Positions 19,038 to 26,990 are shown, counted from the stretch's first letter. The stretch: DNA of 64,000 bases from a bacterium (GCA_030704665.1 JAUYID010000009.1:394460-458459); one strand, 5' to 3'. Program-made: numbers and translations. The notes: generated from the letters alone by a model not told the origin.

Positions 19038-19095
19038 AAATAATAAAGGCGGTGGGCAGGGGTTAAAAAATGATTGTCTCTCCCCTGCCCGCACC
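19038..19095 (-). terminator. intrinsic terminator downstream of the Flp pilin gene
   Basis: GC-rich 12-bp stem (GGTGGGCAGGGG/CCCCTGCCCGCACC) followed on the minus strand by a T/A-rich tract. Confidence 0.5.
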
Positions 19096-19114
19096 TTTCT
19101 TCCAAATTACCGGT

Positions 19115-19294
19115 TTACCAGTCGAAGAGGAGATCAGCGATTGGTTCTCGGAAGGCGACGACTGCTGCCACGACGACGGCGACGGCGACAACTGCTATGA
19201 TCAGACCGTACTCGGCAAGCTCTTGACCACCTTCCCTCTTCAGTTTCTGACCGAAGAGTGTCAGTTGTACCCAAAGACCGAGAATCAAGTTCAT
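19115..19294 (-). CDS. Flp/Fap-family type IVb prepilin (59 aa), missed by the ORF track
   Basis: MNLILGLWVQLTLFGQKLKREGG/QELAEYGLIIAVVAVAVVVA contains the G-XXXX-EY Flp processing motif and a hydrophobic stem. SD GGAAAGGAAG lies 8 nt upstream. The track's plus-strand ORF 19070..19405 is its antisense artefact. Confidence 0.6.
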   Translation of the reverse strand: MNLILGLWVQLTLFGQKLKREGGQELAEYGLIIAVVAVAVVVAAVVAFREPIADLLFDW

Positions 19295-19337
19295 CCGGTT
19301 TTCTTCCTTTCCTTTTCCTACCTGCTTGTCTGCAGGG

Positions 19338-20486
19338 CTATTCGCTTCGACTGTCTGTGGGCGGGTCGAAGTTCGGATGCTCTTCTCCCACAGGTACTAC
19401 AGTGACGGTTATCTGGTTGGGACGCAGGTTCTCAGCCAGAGCTTCAGCGAGAGCAATAGCAGGGGCAACCTCGGATGGCCCCGTCACCTTATCATCGATC
19501 CAAACTTTGAGGACAGCTTTGAAACCGTCGTAGTCCACTAATGCAAGGTCACGGACTGCAGGGTGTGCTCCGATGGTATCGTCTACGATCGTAAGATCGA
19601 TGGGTTTGCCACTGTTGCTCTTGATCTGGAGGCGGAAATCGACGAGACTATTTTCCTCAGTGCTTGCGGTCTCACTTTCGTTCGCAGCCTCTACATGCAC
19701 TTCCCGCAAAGCTTCCAGCAAGGTTTCACCAAGTGGACTGAGCCCTTCGTCTTCGGCCGGGTCGGAGTCAGCCTGATCTCTTTCTCTTGATAGAGTCAGG
19801 GGTAGATCTTCTTCGCGCTGTAGTTCAGGGTCGACCTCTGCCTCAGCGGTCGGGCCAGACTCTTCGCCTGGAGACTGAGAGCCGTGTTCGTGTCGAAGTG
19901 ACGGAAAGAGTTCGTCGAATTGGCCAAATAGCTCCTCGAGAAACTCTAGTTTGTCGGAATTCTCCATGACCACGATGAGGGCCTCAATATCCTCGTCTCT
20001 GACACCAAAACGCTGCCCGTCGATCTCGAAGTAGAGAATCATCGAGTCGAGTCCGTCTTCCCAAAATACCCCAGCTTCGATACGGCGCAGACGCTTCTTC
20101 AAGACGCGTTTCAAGGCTTTCACCTTGAGGTCTGTTGGGCCGCGGAGCAATTCCGTCTGCTCGTACCGGCGCTTTTGGCGTCGAAGTCTCTGCGCCTCGT
20201 CCTGTTCTTTGAGTCTCTTCTCTCCTTCAGAAGTGAGTTCGTGGAGAAACTTCATGTTTCCACCAACGACTGCTGAGGGAAAGCGCTCTTGGAGTAATCC
20301 TGCAGCGGTGAGCACGCGCACATGCTTTTGGCAAGTGCGCAGATAGATCTTTACCCGCCCTTGCGTTTGGGTTGGTAGGATCTGACAAACCATTGAAGTG
20401 GTTAGTGGCCCGAGCTTGAAAGCGGCCAAGACTTCGTAGCCAATTTCCCGCATCGGCTGGACTTGTGGTAGGCGTTTGCCGTTCAT
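19338..20486 (-). CDS. hypothetical protein with N-terminal winged-helix-like domain and acidic central region
   Basis: 382 aa. The N-terminus (GYEVLAAFKLGPLTTSMVCQIL...) looks like a wHTH. Confidence 0.4.
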   Translation of the reverse strand: MNGKRLPQVQPMREIGYEVLAAFKLGPLTTSMVCQILPTQTQGRVKIYLRTCQKHVRVLTAAGLLQERFPSAVVGGNMKFLHELTSEGEKRLKEQDEAQRLRRQKRRYEQTELLRGPTDLKVKALKRVLKKRLRRIEAGVFWEDGLDSMILYFEIDGQRFGVRDEDIEALIVVMENSDKLEFLEELFGQFDELFPSLRHEHGSQSPGEESGPTAEAEVDPELQREEDLPLTLSRERDQADSDPAEDEGLSPLGETLLEALREVHVEAANESETASTEENSLVDFRLQIKSNSGKPIDLTIVDDTIGAHPAVRDLALVDYDGFKAVLKVWIDDKVTGPSEVAPAIALAEALAENLRPNQITVTVVPVGEEHPNFDPPTDSRSE

Positions 20487-20646
20487 GATCAGCTCTCCTT
20501 CACTTCACTCTTCCGTTCTTTTCGAAGTGGATCTTAGCATTTTTGGGCACAACAGGCAAATATTTACTCGCTTGGTTGCTAAAGAGAAAAGTGGTATAAA
20601 TGAACAAAAGCTCGAGGGAAGGATCCCAAGAAAGGGGAGGCTTTGG

Positions 20647-21057
20647 ATGAAGACCAAAATGTTGGCTGTCTTTACGGTCGTGTCGGTGTTCTCAGCTGTG
20701 CTTTTGGTGGTACTCTCGATGGTTCCAGTCAGCTGGACGTTCATCAGCCCAGAGCTGGACCCTCTCGCTCACATCGCGGGCGGTTTGAGCCTGACGGTCA
20801 TGGTGGGATTGGGCCTATCAACAACAACGAACCACCGGGACAACCCGCTCATCACTACGCTAAGGATTTTGGCGGCGGCTGTTTTCGCATTTGCGGTTTG
20901 GGCGGCTATTGAGGCGCTTCAGTCTTTTGTTCCCAACCACGGCCCGGAAATGGCAGATGTGAGAGCGGATCTAGCCGGAGTGTTGATTGGCTTGGCGATT
21001 TTGTTTCTGCTTGAGCCAGCCATCGCCCTTGTACTCAGGAGACAGATCGAGTCGTGA
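20647..21057 (+). CDS. VanZ-like membrane protein
   Basis: Start set at M58 after SD AAAGGGGAGG. Four TM helices. Confidence 0.45.
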   Translation: MKTKMLAVFTVVSVFSAVLLVVLSMVPVSWTFISPELDPLAHIAGGLSLTVMVGLGLSTTTNHRDNPLITTLRILAAAVFAFAVWAAIEALQSFVPNHGPEMADVRADLAGVLIGLAILFLLEPAIALVLRRQIES

Positions 21058-21060
21058 GTT

Positions 21061-21101
21061 GGCACGGTTTCCTGAGCTTCACCGTGCCCTCCCCTGTTTT
21101 T
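21061..21101 (+). terminator. intrinsic terminator
   Basis: Perfect 8-bp stem GGCACGGT/ACCGTGCC followed by CTCCCCTGTTTTT, directly after the stop of the VanZ-like gene. Confidence 0.6.
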
Positions 21102-21194
21102 GACGTCGGTAGTGAGTTGACTTTCCCACAGTTTTGTTAGAACATTGTTATAACGTAAACGTTACACTCGTCTTTCTAACAGGAGGAAGTTTTT

Positions 21195-21407
21195 ATGCGA
21201 CAAAAAATTATTAAAGTTGGCAATTCGGCTGCAGTTACCATCCCAAAAAATATTCTTGAGGAAAAAAATCTTAAGATTGGTGACTTAGCTGAGTTTGATA
21301 TTCAGTCGATTAGCAAAAAAACAAAAGTTACCCCAGAATTTGTTGAATGGGTTGATAAGTATATCGAAAACAACCGCCCAGCACTTGAAGAGCTAGCCAA
21401 CAAATAA
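21195..21407 (+). CDS. AbrB/MazE/SpoVT-fold antitoxin
   Basis: IIKVGNSAAVTIPKNIL is the swapped-hairpin AbrB-type DNA-binding motif. 70 aa; 6 nt upstream of the doc gene. Confidence 0.8.
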   Translation: MRQKIIKVGNSAAVTIPKNILEEKNLKIGDLAEFDIQSISKKTKVTPEFVEWVDKYIENNRPALEELANK

Positions 21408-21413
21408 AGCAAC

Positions 21414-21791
21414 ATGAAATATCCTTCTTTGGACGAAGTAGTTGCTTTGCATTTTCGTATTACTGAAAAGACAGGCGGTTCTCAAGGAGTTCGAGACTGG
21501 GGCCTTTTAGCCTCGGCTTTAGGTCGTCCCCAAGCGAGTTTTGCTGGTGAAGATCTCTACCCTTCTTTGGAACTTAAAGCAGCGGCTCTAATCCAGTCTT
21601 TATCCTCCAACCATCCTTTTGTTGATGGTAATAAACGAACAGCTTTAGCAACACTGGAATATTTTTTGTTTTTAAATAAAGGTGAATTAAGAGCAACACA
21701 AAGAGAAAGGGTCGACTTTACACTTTGGGTGGAGAACGAAAAACCAAGTCTCGAAGAAATTTCACTTTGGATCAAGAAACACTTTAAATAA
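21414..21791 (+). CDS. doc: Doc (death-on-curing) Fic-fold toxin
   Basis: HPFVDGNKRTALA is the Fic/Doc active-site motif. 125 aa. Confidence 0.85.
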   Translation: MKYPSLDEVVALHFRITEKTGGSQGVRDWGLLASALGRPQASFAGEDLYPSLELKAAALIQSLSSNHPFVDGNKRTALATLEYFLFLNKGELRATQRERVDFTLWVENEKPSLEEISLWIKKHFK

Positions 21792-21826
21792 CAAAATTGG
21801 GGTTGGTGGACTAGATCCCTCTCCTT

Positions 21827-22600
21827 TCAACTAGTCCAAGTGTAGTGACCGCTCGTACACGTAAAGCTTCTCTTCCCGTCTTTGTTTGTTTCGGAAAGCT
21901 CAGAGTTGCAGCTGGGACAGAGAGCTTTTCCGGAAGAAAAGATCGGCGAGATGACTCGGATCCCTGACCGCGGCGGAAGATCACTTTCTTCCCGCTGTCT
22001 TAGGGCTGATTGGGCCGGGCTTTTTGGTACGGACCGACGAGGTCGCGGTTCTGGCAGGCGCTCTCGAGGTGGTGTTGGAAGTGCGAGACTTTGCTCATAC
22101 TTGGGCCACGGCTTTTTTCGTACAACCGGTTTTTTGGTTGGGCGGCGCCAAATGTGGTAGCCGGTGTATCTTTTCAGTGGGCCGGTGACTTCGAGTTCTG
22201 TAATTTCAGGACGTGACTCGAAAAGAAGCTTGGCTACTGCACCTATTTGACGTAAGGCGCGTTCCCGAGGAATTAAGAACTCTTTGTTTAGGTCGGTTTC
22301 CAGGTCAGCCGAAAACAGTAGATCACGGAGTCGCACTTCTGAAAGAAGCGGTTTTCCGTACCAGTCTGCCTTTACTTTTCCCCCGCCGTTCTCGAATGTG
22401 AGGCGGTAGTCCCCTTCCCAACGAAAGGCTCCCTTTCCATTCAGAACAACTTTGGCGGTTCCGTCGCCTAGACGTTCAATACCAAAGAAAGTCATTCCCA
22501 GACTACCGTACATCTCGAAGTCGTGCCAGAACAACCACATCATAAAGGCAACAAAGCCAATTAGAGCGGCTGGAACGGTAAGACCAATCAGAACTTCCAT
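21827..22600 (-). CDS. membrane-anchored protein with C-terminal zinc ribbon
   Basis: Start moved to MEVLIGL (SD AAGGAGAG). The first 161 codons of the track ORF are R/S/P-rich antisense of the DUF336 gene and are rejected. One TM helix; C-terminal CPSCN...CTSGH. Confidence 0.45.
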   Translation of the reverse strand: MEVLIGLTVPAALIGFVAFMMWLFWHDFEMYGSLGMTFFGIERLGDGTAKVVLNGKGAFRWEGDYRLTFENGGGKVKADWYGKPLLSEVRLRDLLFSADLETDLNKEFLIPRERALRQIGAVAKLLFESRPEITELEVTGPLKRYTGYHIWRRPTKKPVVRKKPWPKYEQSLALPTPPRERLPEPRPRRSVPKSPAQSALRQREESDLPPRSGIRVISPIFSSGKALCPSCNSELSETNKDGKRSFTCTSGHYTWTS

Positions 22601-22745
22601 AACCCTCTCCTTGTTTAGTTTGGTTTGGATTGTAAGTTTCTTTTGGGTTGTTGTCAAAGTGAAAAATTTGAGAAAATTTGCCAATGAAAAAGGGAAGTCC
22701 TTTGCTGGGGCTTCCCTTGTTCGTGTTGTTCGCGCGGTTCGGATC

Positions 22746-23201
22746 TCAGGACTGGGCGAAGAGTCTGACACTGTTGGCCGCCTCGACGACGAGTTCGACG
22801 TCCTTCTTTGAATCGGGAACACCGGAGAAGGCAGCGACGCCGACGAAACTTTCGGGGCTGCAATCATCCAATGCGAAGAGAGCAACACCGCCTTCGAAGG
22901 TGGTCTCGATGTCCTTGCCGTGCCCGTTGCGGATCTTCTGTTCCAGCGGGCCGGTGTTGGCCTGCAGGAAGAGGGCGGTCCTAGCTTTCTTGTGCGCGGT
23001 TGCGTTGTGGCGCGGCTGCCAGTCTCCCATTGGAGTTTGAACGAGCACCTCGCCGGCCGGGTCGAGCACAATGAAGGCACCACGTCTGGGTTGCTTGCCG
23101 ATAAACTTCTCGCGAAAGTGTTCCCGTACGTAGGTTGCCATCTCCATCGCTGTCACGTCGCTGATCGAGCGTCTGATCCGAAGCTTGGACGGGTCAATCA
23201 T
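22746..23201 (-). CDS. GlcG/DUF336-family protein
   Basis: HKKARTALF...TFEGGVALFALDD...GVAAFSGVPDSKKDVELVVEAA match the conserved blocks of DUF336/GlcG. Confidence 0.6.
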   Translation of the reverse strand: MIDPSKLRIRRSISDVTAMEMATYVREHFREKFIGKQPRRGAFIVLDPAGEVLVQTPMGDWQPRHNATAHKKARTALFLQANTGPLEQKIRNGHGKDIETTFEGGVALFALDDCSPESFVGVAAFSGVPDSKKDVELVVEAANSVRLFAQS

Positions 23202-23339
23202 GTCTCTTCTCCCTCTGGAAAGCCAGATAGACTGGCGAACAAAACGTTATCGGAAATTATAGCAAAAATTGAGGCTAAAGTCAAATACTATAAGTCACTC
23301 GTAGCTGATATTTCCTACCGGAAATCAGCTACTGCGTGT

Positions 23340-23567
23340 CTTGCGTTCAAGCATAGTCTGACGACTATTTGCTTGATCTTGGGATTTTCAAAAGAAGTTG
23401 AGTTTTAAAGTCCCGCAACCACTGCGTGGTTGTAGGCTAATCTTTGAGGGCTCTATCAAGAAAAGCTTGCGTTCTACGAACTTGGGATTTTCGAAAGAGA
23501 ATAAGTTTTAAAGTCCCGCAACTGCTGCGCAGCTGTAGGCCTCTTTGAGGGCTAGATCAAGAAAAGC
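23340..23567. repeat. tandem direct repeat (about 126 bp then about 102 bp) with internal hairpin
   Basis: Both copies begin CTTGCGTTC...CTTGGGATTTTC...GTTTTAAAGTCCCGCAAC[hairpin]GTAGGC...TTTGAGGGCT..ATCAAGAAAAGC. The hairpin stems differ by compensatory changes (CCAC/GTGG versus CTGC/GCAG). Confidence 0.7.
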
Positions 23568-23618
23568 CAGGGATCCTAAAAATTGTTTTGATTGGAATAA
23601 AAACTGAGGTGTGAGGAG

Positions 23619-23648
23619 ACTCCCGTTGTTTGTTGCGCCAACGGGAGT
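23619..23648. repeat. conserved hairpin element, copy 1 (ACTCCCGTTG-N10-CAACGGGAGT)
   Basis: Perfect 10-bp inverted repeat 26 nt 3' of the TetR stop. Shares flanks GGAATAAAAA...GAGACTCCCG...GGGAGTCCCT with copy 3. Confidence 0.7.
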
Positions 23649-23673
23649 CCCTGGTCCTGTCTGGAAGAGCTCT

Positions 23674-24321
23674 TCAGTACTCTTTCAGGACAGCGCCTTG
23701 GGCAATCGAGAAGAGAGTCGCAGCGATCTCCCTGACGCTGGGTTCGGTTTCCCTGCGCAGGTGGTCAAAGGCCGCGAAGTTTGAGAGTTGGTTGAAAGTG
23801 CCAAAGCTGCAGAGCAGACAGAGCGTCCGAACCGCTTGGGCTTGGCTGACTCCCTTCTTCAGTTTTCCGGCAGAGAGGCGTTTCACCAAGTTTTCGATTT
23901 GGTGGCGCTGAAGGATCTCGAGCTCTTCTTGCGGCTGGAACTTCTCGCCCCGCAGAGTGAAGAAGCCTTCGAGACTGCGCATGATCTCGTAGTATCTGCA
24001 CCAGACTCTGACCCAAGTCTTCAGCACTTCTCGGAGTGCGACCACTGGGTCAGCGTGGAGAGAAGCTGTTTCAGTGCTATGAAGATCCCCTTCCTTGATT
24101 CGCCCGACTTCATCCTCGAAGATCGTGATGAGAAGAGCTTCCAAAGAGTGAAAGTGCTGGTAAACAGTGGGGCGGGTGAAACCGGCACTTTTGGCGATCG
24201 TCCGAATGTTGGCTGCGCAGAGACCCTCGTCTATGATCAGGGCTAGAGCAGAGTCAAGAATACGACGACGCGTCCGTGTAACAGTCTCGAGACGTTTGAC
24301 CGAGTGATACGGTCTTGGCAT
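23674..24321 (-). CDS. TetR/AcrR-family transcriptional regulator
   Basis: N-terminal HTH (RRRILDSALALIIDEGLCAANIRTIAKSAGFTRPTVYQHF) typical of TetR. Confidence 0.8.
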   Translation of the reverse strand: MPRPYHSVKRLETVTRTRRRILDSALALIIDEGLCAANIRTIAKSAGFTRPTVYQHFHSLEALLITIFEDEVGRIKEGDLHSTETASLHADPVVALREVLKTWVRVWCRYYEIMRSLEGFFTLRGEKFQPQEELEILQRHQIENLVKRLSAGKLKKGVSQAQAVRTLCLLCSFGTFNQLSNFAAFDHLRRETEPSVREIAATLFSIAQGAVLKEY

Positions 24322-24356
24322 TGCGGGTCCCTTTCTTTCCCTGGTAGTGGGTGGGA

Positions 24357-24386
24357 ACTCCCGTTGTTTGTTGCGCCAACGGGAGT
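24357..24386. repeat. conserved hairpin element, copy 2
   Basis: Identical 10-bp stems and loop to copy 1. Lies 22 nt 3' of the 24408 gene stop and 35 nt 5' of the TetR start. Confidence 0.7.
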
Positions 24387-24407
24387 CCCTGCTCTTTGTT
24401 TTTCCGC

Positions 24408-24926
24408 TTAGTCGACCAAACGCACTCCGTCAAGTGGTGGGGCGATGATCTGTCTGGCGCGAAATTCCAGGGTTACCGCTTCTTGCTCGACATTGTCAGC
24501 CTCGGAACGTTTCTTTCGTGCTTCTTCAGCCTTGACGGAGATTTGGGCGAGAAGAACGGTCCGCAGGGTCTGAAGTGTGAGAGAAACGTGAGCGTCCCAG
24601 TTGTAGGGTAGATTCTCAATCCCGCTTTCCATCCGGGCAATTCTTCCTTCTCTTCTTGAGAACAGGTACGAGAAGCTAGAATCGCTGGCGAAAGCGATCT
24701 TTAACCAGAACGACCCTCCCAGAAGTGTGAAGTAGAGCTGGTAGACTGTCGTTGCCTCAGCAGGAGGATACCGGTCCTCGTAGAAATTGATGCGGTGCAG
24801 CTCGTTGCTGAGACCAGAGAGATTGAAGATCTTGGTTCCAGCTTCCAGAGCACCTTTGTTAACGCTCGGATCAACTTCGCCTAGCGGCAAAGTGATACGA
24901 CAGCCCCTTGTCTCTTCCTGATCCAT
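24408..24926 (-). CDS. hypothetical protein
   Basis: 172 aa with no recognised motif. GC-rich codon usage like its neighbours. Confidence 0.4.
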   Translation of the reverse strand: MDQEETRGCRITLPLGEVDPSVNKGALEAGTKIFNLSGLSNELHRINFYEDRYPPAEATTVYQLYFTLLGGSFWLKIAFASDSSFSYLFSRREGRIARMESGIENLPYNWDAHVSLTLQTLRTVLLAQISVKAEEARKKRSEADNVEQEAVTLEFRARQIIAPPLDGVRLVD

Positions 24927-25059
24927 GACTCATCCCTTTCTTGCGGACTATCCGCAAAAACTTGTTCTGACACGACTATCGTGCAGATCAGAATGGATTT
25001 TACTAAAAATGGTTGGGTGATGCAACTATGGGTCTTGTGGAATAAAAATGTTGGTAGAG

Positions 25060-25086
25060 ACTCCCGTTTGTGGGCGAAACGGGAGT
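25060..25086. repeat. conserved hairpin element, copy 3 (ACTCCCGTTT-N7-AAACGGGAGT)
   Basis: 10-bp stem with a matching stem change (G to T and C to A) and a shorter loop. Lies 20 nt 3' of the 25106 gene stop. Confidence 0.65.
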
Positions 25087-25105
25087 CCCTTGATCTCTGC
25101 TTCTT

Positions 25106-25705
25106 CTAGCGGCGCCGTGTCAGCTCGCCCAGATCGATGACGTGGACTCCTCTCAGGTTGAGACCAGGTCGATGATCCTGTTGACAGGGGCGGATGTGAA
25201 GGTGGCAGTCCGGCGCGAAGCTTGGGTGTTCCTCGATCCACTTTCGGTGTGCTTCACGAACTGGCTCCATCAAGCCGGCGACGAACTCCTTCTCGAGGTG
25301 GTTCTGGGCCACATGCTGGAAGTGAGCGAAGACGTTGGTGTAGACGGTTTGGAAAGCCGGGGCTCCATCTTCCCTGGTCCAGGCTTCTTCCACCATTTCG
25401 CGTACCACGATTCGGTAGAGGGCCAAGATCTCCCGGGTCAGGGCTTCTCGATTCTCTGCCACCACGAAGTCACCTATCTCGGGGTCATTTTCGACCGCCT
25501 CCCTGACCGCGTCGATGTGATTTGTGACTCGGATGTCGCGGATAAGTCGTGCGGTGCTTTGCCCAGAGAGTGTGGGAAAAAGACCTCCCACCTCGGCCTC
25601 AACGGTGTCTGGGTTGTCCAAGAGGTAACCAAGACTGTAACCGGTTGTCACGATTGATCCTTCCTTTCGATCGCTAGGTTCCTTTTTGTGTTTAAATTTT
25701 AACAC
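25106..25705 (-). CDS. hypothetical protein
   Basis: 199 aa, largely helical. No confident family assignment. Confidence 0.4.
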   Translation of the reverse strand: MLKFKHKKEPSDRKEGSIVTTGYSLGYLLDNPDTVEAEVGGLFPTLSGQSTARLIRDIRVTNHIDAVREAVENDPEIGDFVVAENREALTREILALYRIVVREMVEEAWTREDGAPAFQTVYTNVFAHFQHVAQNHLEKEFVAGLMEPVREAHRKWIEEHPSFAPDCHLHIRPCQQDHRPGLNLRGVHVIDLGELTRRR

Positions 25706-25791
25706 ACTGCATCAACTATAGGGTAAGATGGGAGGTGGAAAGGAATTTATTTTAGAACTTGGGAGTGGAGTTGGATTTCGCTTCTGGAAAA

Positions 25792-26184
25792 TTAGGAAAT
25801 TTCTTTGATACTTCTCTTACAGTTCTTACTTCCGCAGTTGCAGGCCATCTCCATACCTGGAGGCATATCTTGAGAGTAATCGCTGGTTATTTCTTCACCT
25901 TTTTGAATAGTTCGTGTTGCTATATCAGAAAATTCTCTAGGTTCGGTATTGGCATCGCAAGAATGGTTGACGTATCTTTCAGGCTCTTGCATAGCGACAT
26001 ACTTACCGTCCTTGAAAGCAACATATTCTTGGTCTTTGTCTGAAAGTTGGGCAAACTCTTTTTTAGTCAAAAGGTGTGAGGTGTCCCACTGCAGCACCAC
26101 TTCGCCTTTGTGGAAGTTGCGAGCGGCGAAAACTCCCTGACCATCGATGTTTGAGTGTTCAAGAAAAACTTGGTCTGTTTTCAT
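25792..26184 (-). CDS. SET-domain protein (putative protein-lysine methyltransferase)
   Basis: NHSCDAN (the SET NHSC motif) plus a post-SET Cys cluster (CNCGSKNC) in a 130-aa protein. Confidence 0.75.
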   Translation of the reverse strand: MKTDQVFLEHSNIDGQGVFAARNFHKGEVVLQWDTSHLLTKKEFAQLSDKDQEYVAFKDGKYVAMQEPERYVNHSCDANTEPREFSDIATRTIQKGEEITSDYSQDMPPGMEMACNCGSKNCKRSIKEIS

Positions 26185-26585
26185 TTTACCTTGACTACAA
26201 GTTCTTCAAAACTAGTTTCGGGGTCTAGTTCTCGACTGAAGACGCGGTCTTCAAACTCGACTAGAGTCACCTCGGCGGTGATGCGCACAGTCCCTTCTTT
26301 GAGGTGGCCGCCCACTACTGAGCCATCTTTGCGGGAGACGCTGATGTGGATGTGAGACTCCCCTTCTCCGAGAGTTCCTTCGACAGAGACGATCTCCAAG
26401 TCTTCTTCAAAAACTTTTTTATCTGCCTTTTCCGGAGTGGCTCCGGGCATCCGTAAAGTTACTTGGTTCAAGCCGCCGACAATACTTATTATAGTAGAGG
26501 CCGTGATCGAGTTGTCCGCACAATATTGGAGCAAAGAGGCACGAAGTTTTTCTCTCGGGTGGAGTCGGAAGGTGTGGAATTTCAA
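26181..26585 (-). CDS. PPC-domain (DUF296) protein
   Basis: TIISIVGGLNQVTLRMPG...EIVSVEGTLGEGESHIHISVS...VVGGHL match PCC/DUF296 conserved blocks. Overlaps the SET gene by 4 nt. Confidence 0.65.
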   Translation of the reverse strand: MKFHTFRLHPREKLRASLLQYCADNSITASTIISIVGGLNQVTLRMPGATPEKADKKVFEEDLEIVSVEGTLGEGESHIHISVSRKDGSVVGGHLKEGTVRITAEVTLVEFEDRVFSRELDPETSFEELVVKVK

Positions 26586-26914
26586 AAAAGCTTACCCCCA
26601 ATTTTGGCGTCTTTGTCTGGTCGGACTAGTACTACTCTCCCCTGCTCGTCTGGGACACCTAAAGTTAAACATTCGGAAATAAAGGGGCCAATTTGTTTGG
26701 CTGGGAAGTTGACGACACCGAGTACCAACGTTCCGGTTAGTTCTTCTTTTTTGTAAAGATCGGCGACTCGAGCGCTGGATTTTTTAATACCAATTTCCGG
26801 ACCAAAATCGATAGTCAACTTATAAGCCGGTTTTCGAGCCTGCGGAAAATCCTCAACTTTAATTATCTCGCCGAGCCGAATATCGAGCTTAGAAAAATCT
26901 TCGTAGGAAATCAT
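26582..26914 (-). CDS. tRNA-binding OB-fold protein (CsaA/Trbp111-like)
   Basis: EDFSKLDIRLGEIIKVEDFPQARKPAYKLTIDFG is the tRNA-binding Myf-domain signature. Confidence 0.75.
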   Translation of the reverse strand: MISYEDFSKLDIRLGEIIKVEDFPQARKPAYKLTIDFGPEIGIKKSSARVADLYKKEELTGTLVLGVVNFPAKQIGPFISECLTLGVPDEQGRVVLVRPDKDAKIGGKLF

Positions 26915-26919
26915 AAAAG

Positions 26920-26990
26920 GAGTTTAACACTGAAAAAAGAAGCTGACAAATGGGTGGCTTTTGATCTCTCTCCTTTTTCAGAGATCGAAA
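26920..26990. repeat. about 70-nt repeat with GATCTCT...AGAGATC hairpin, copy 1
   Basis: TTTAACACTGAAAAAAGAAGCTGACAAATGGGTGGCTTTTGATCTCTCTCCTTTTTCAGAGATC. Similar to the copy at 27925-27995. Confidence 0.5.

Noticed and set aside
19070-19405. Plus-strand 111-aa ORF
   Set aside because: It is the antisense of the Flp pilin gene, which has the diagnostic G-XXXX-EY motif, an SD and a terminator. The plus ORF has an odd DDGDGDNCYD composition.
21827-23083. The 418-aa track ORF, treated as a single gene
   Set aside because: Its first about 160 codons are R/S/P-rich and overlap the well-supported DUF336 gene on the same strand in another frame. The real gene starts at MEVLIGL (22600), which has a strong SD.
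22920-23408. Plus-strand 162-aa ORF
   Set aside because: It overlaps the DUF336 gene antisense and runs into the tandem-repeat region. No motif and no RBS.
23340-25086. CRISPR array interpretation of the repeated hairpins and tandem repeats
   Set aside because: The repeat units are of different lengths (about 30, about 102 and 126 bp), are not regularly spaced by unique spacers, and are interleaved with full-length genes. No cas genes are present.
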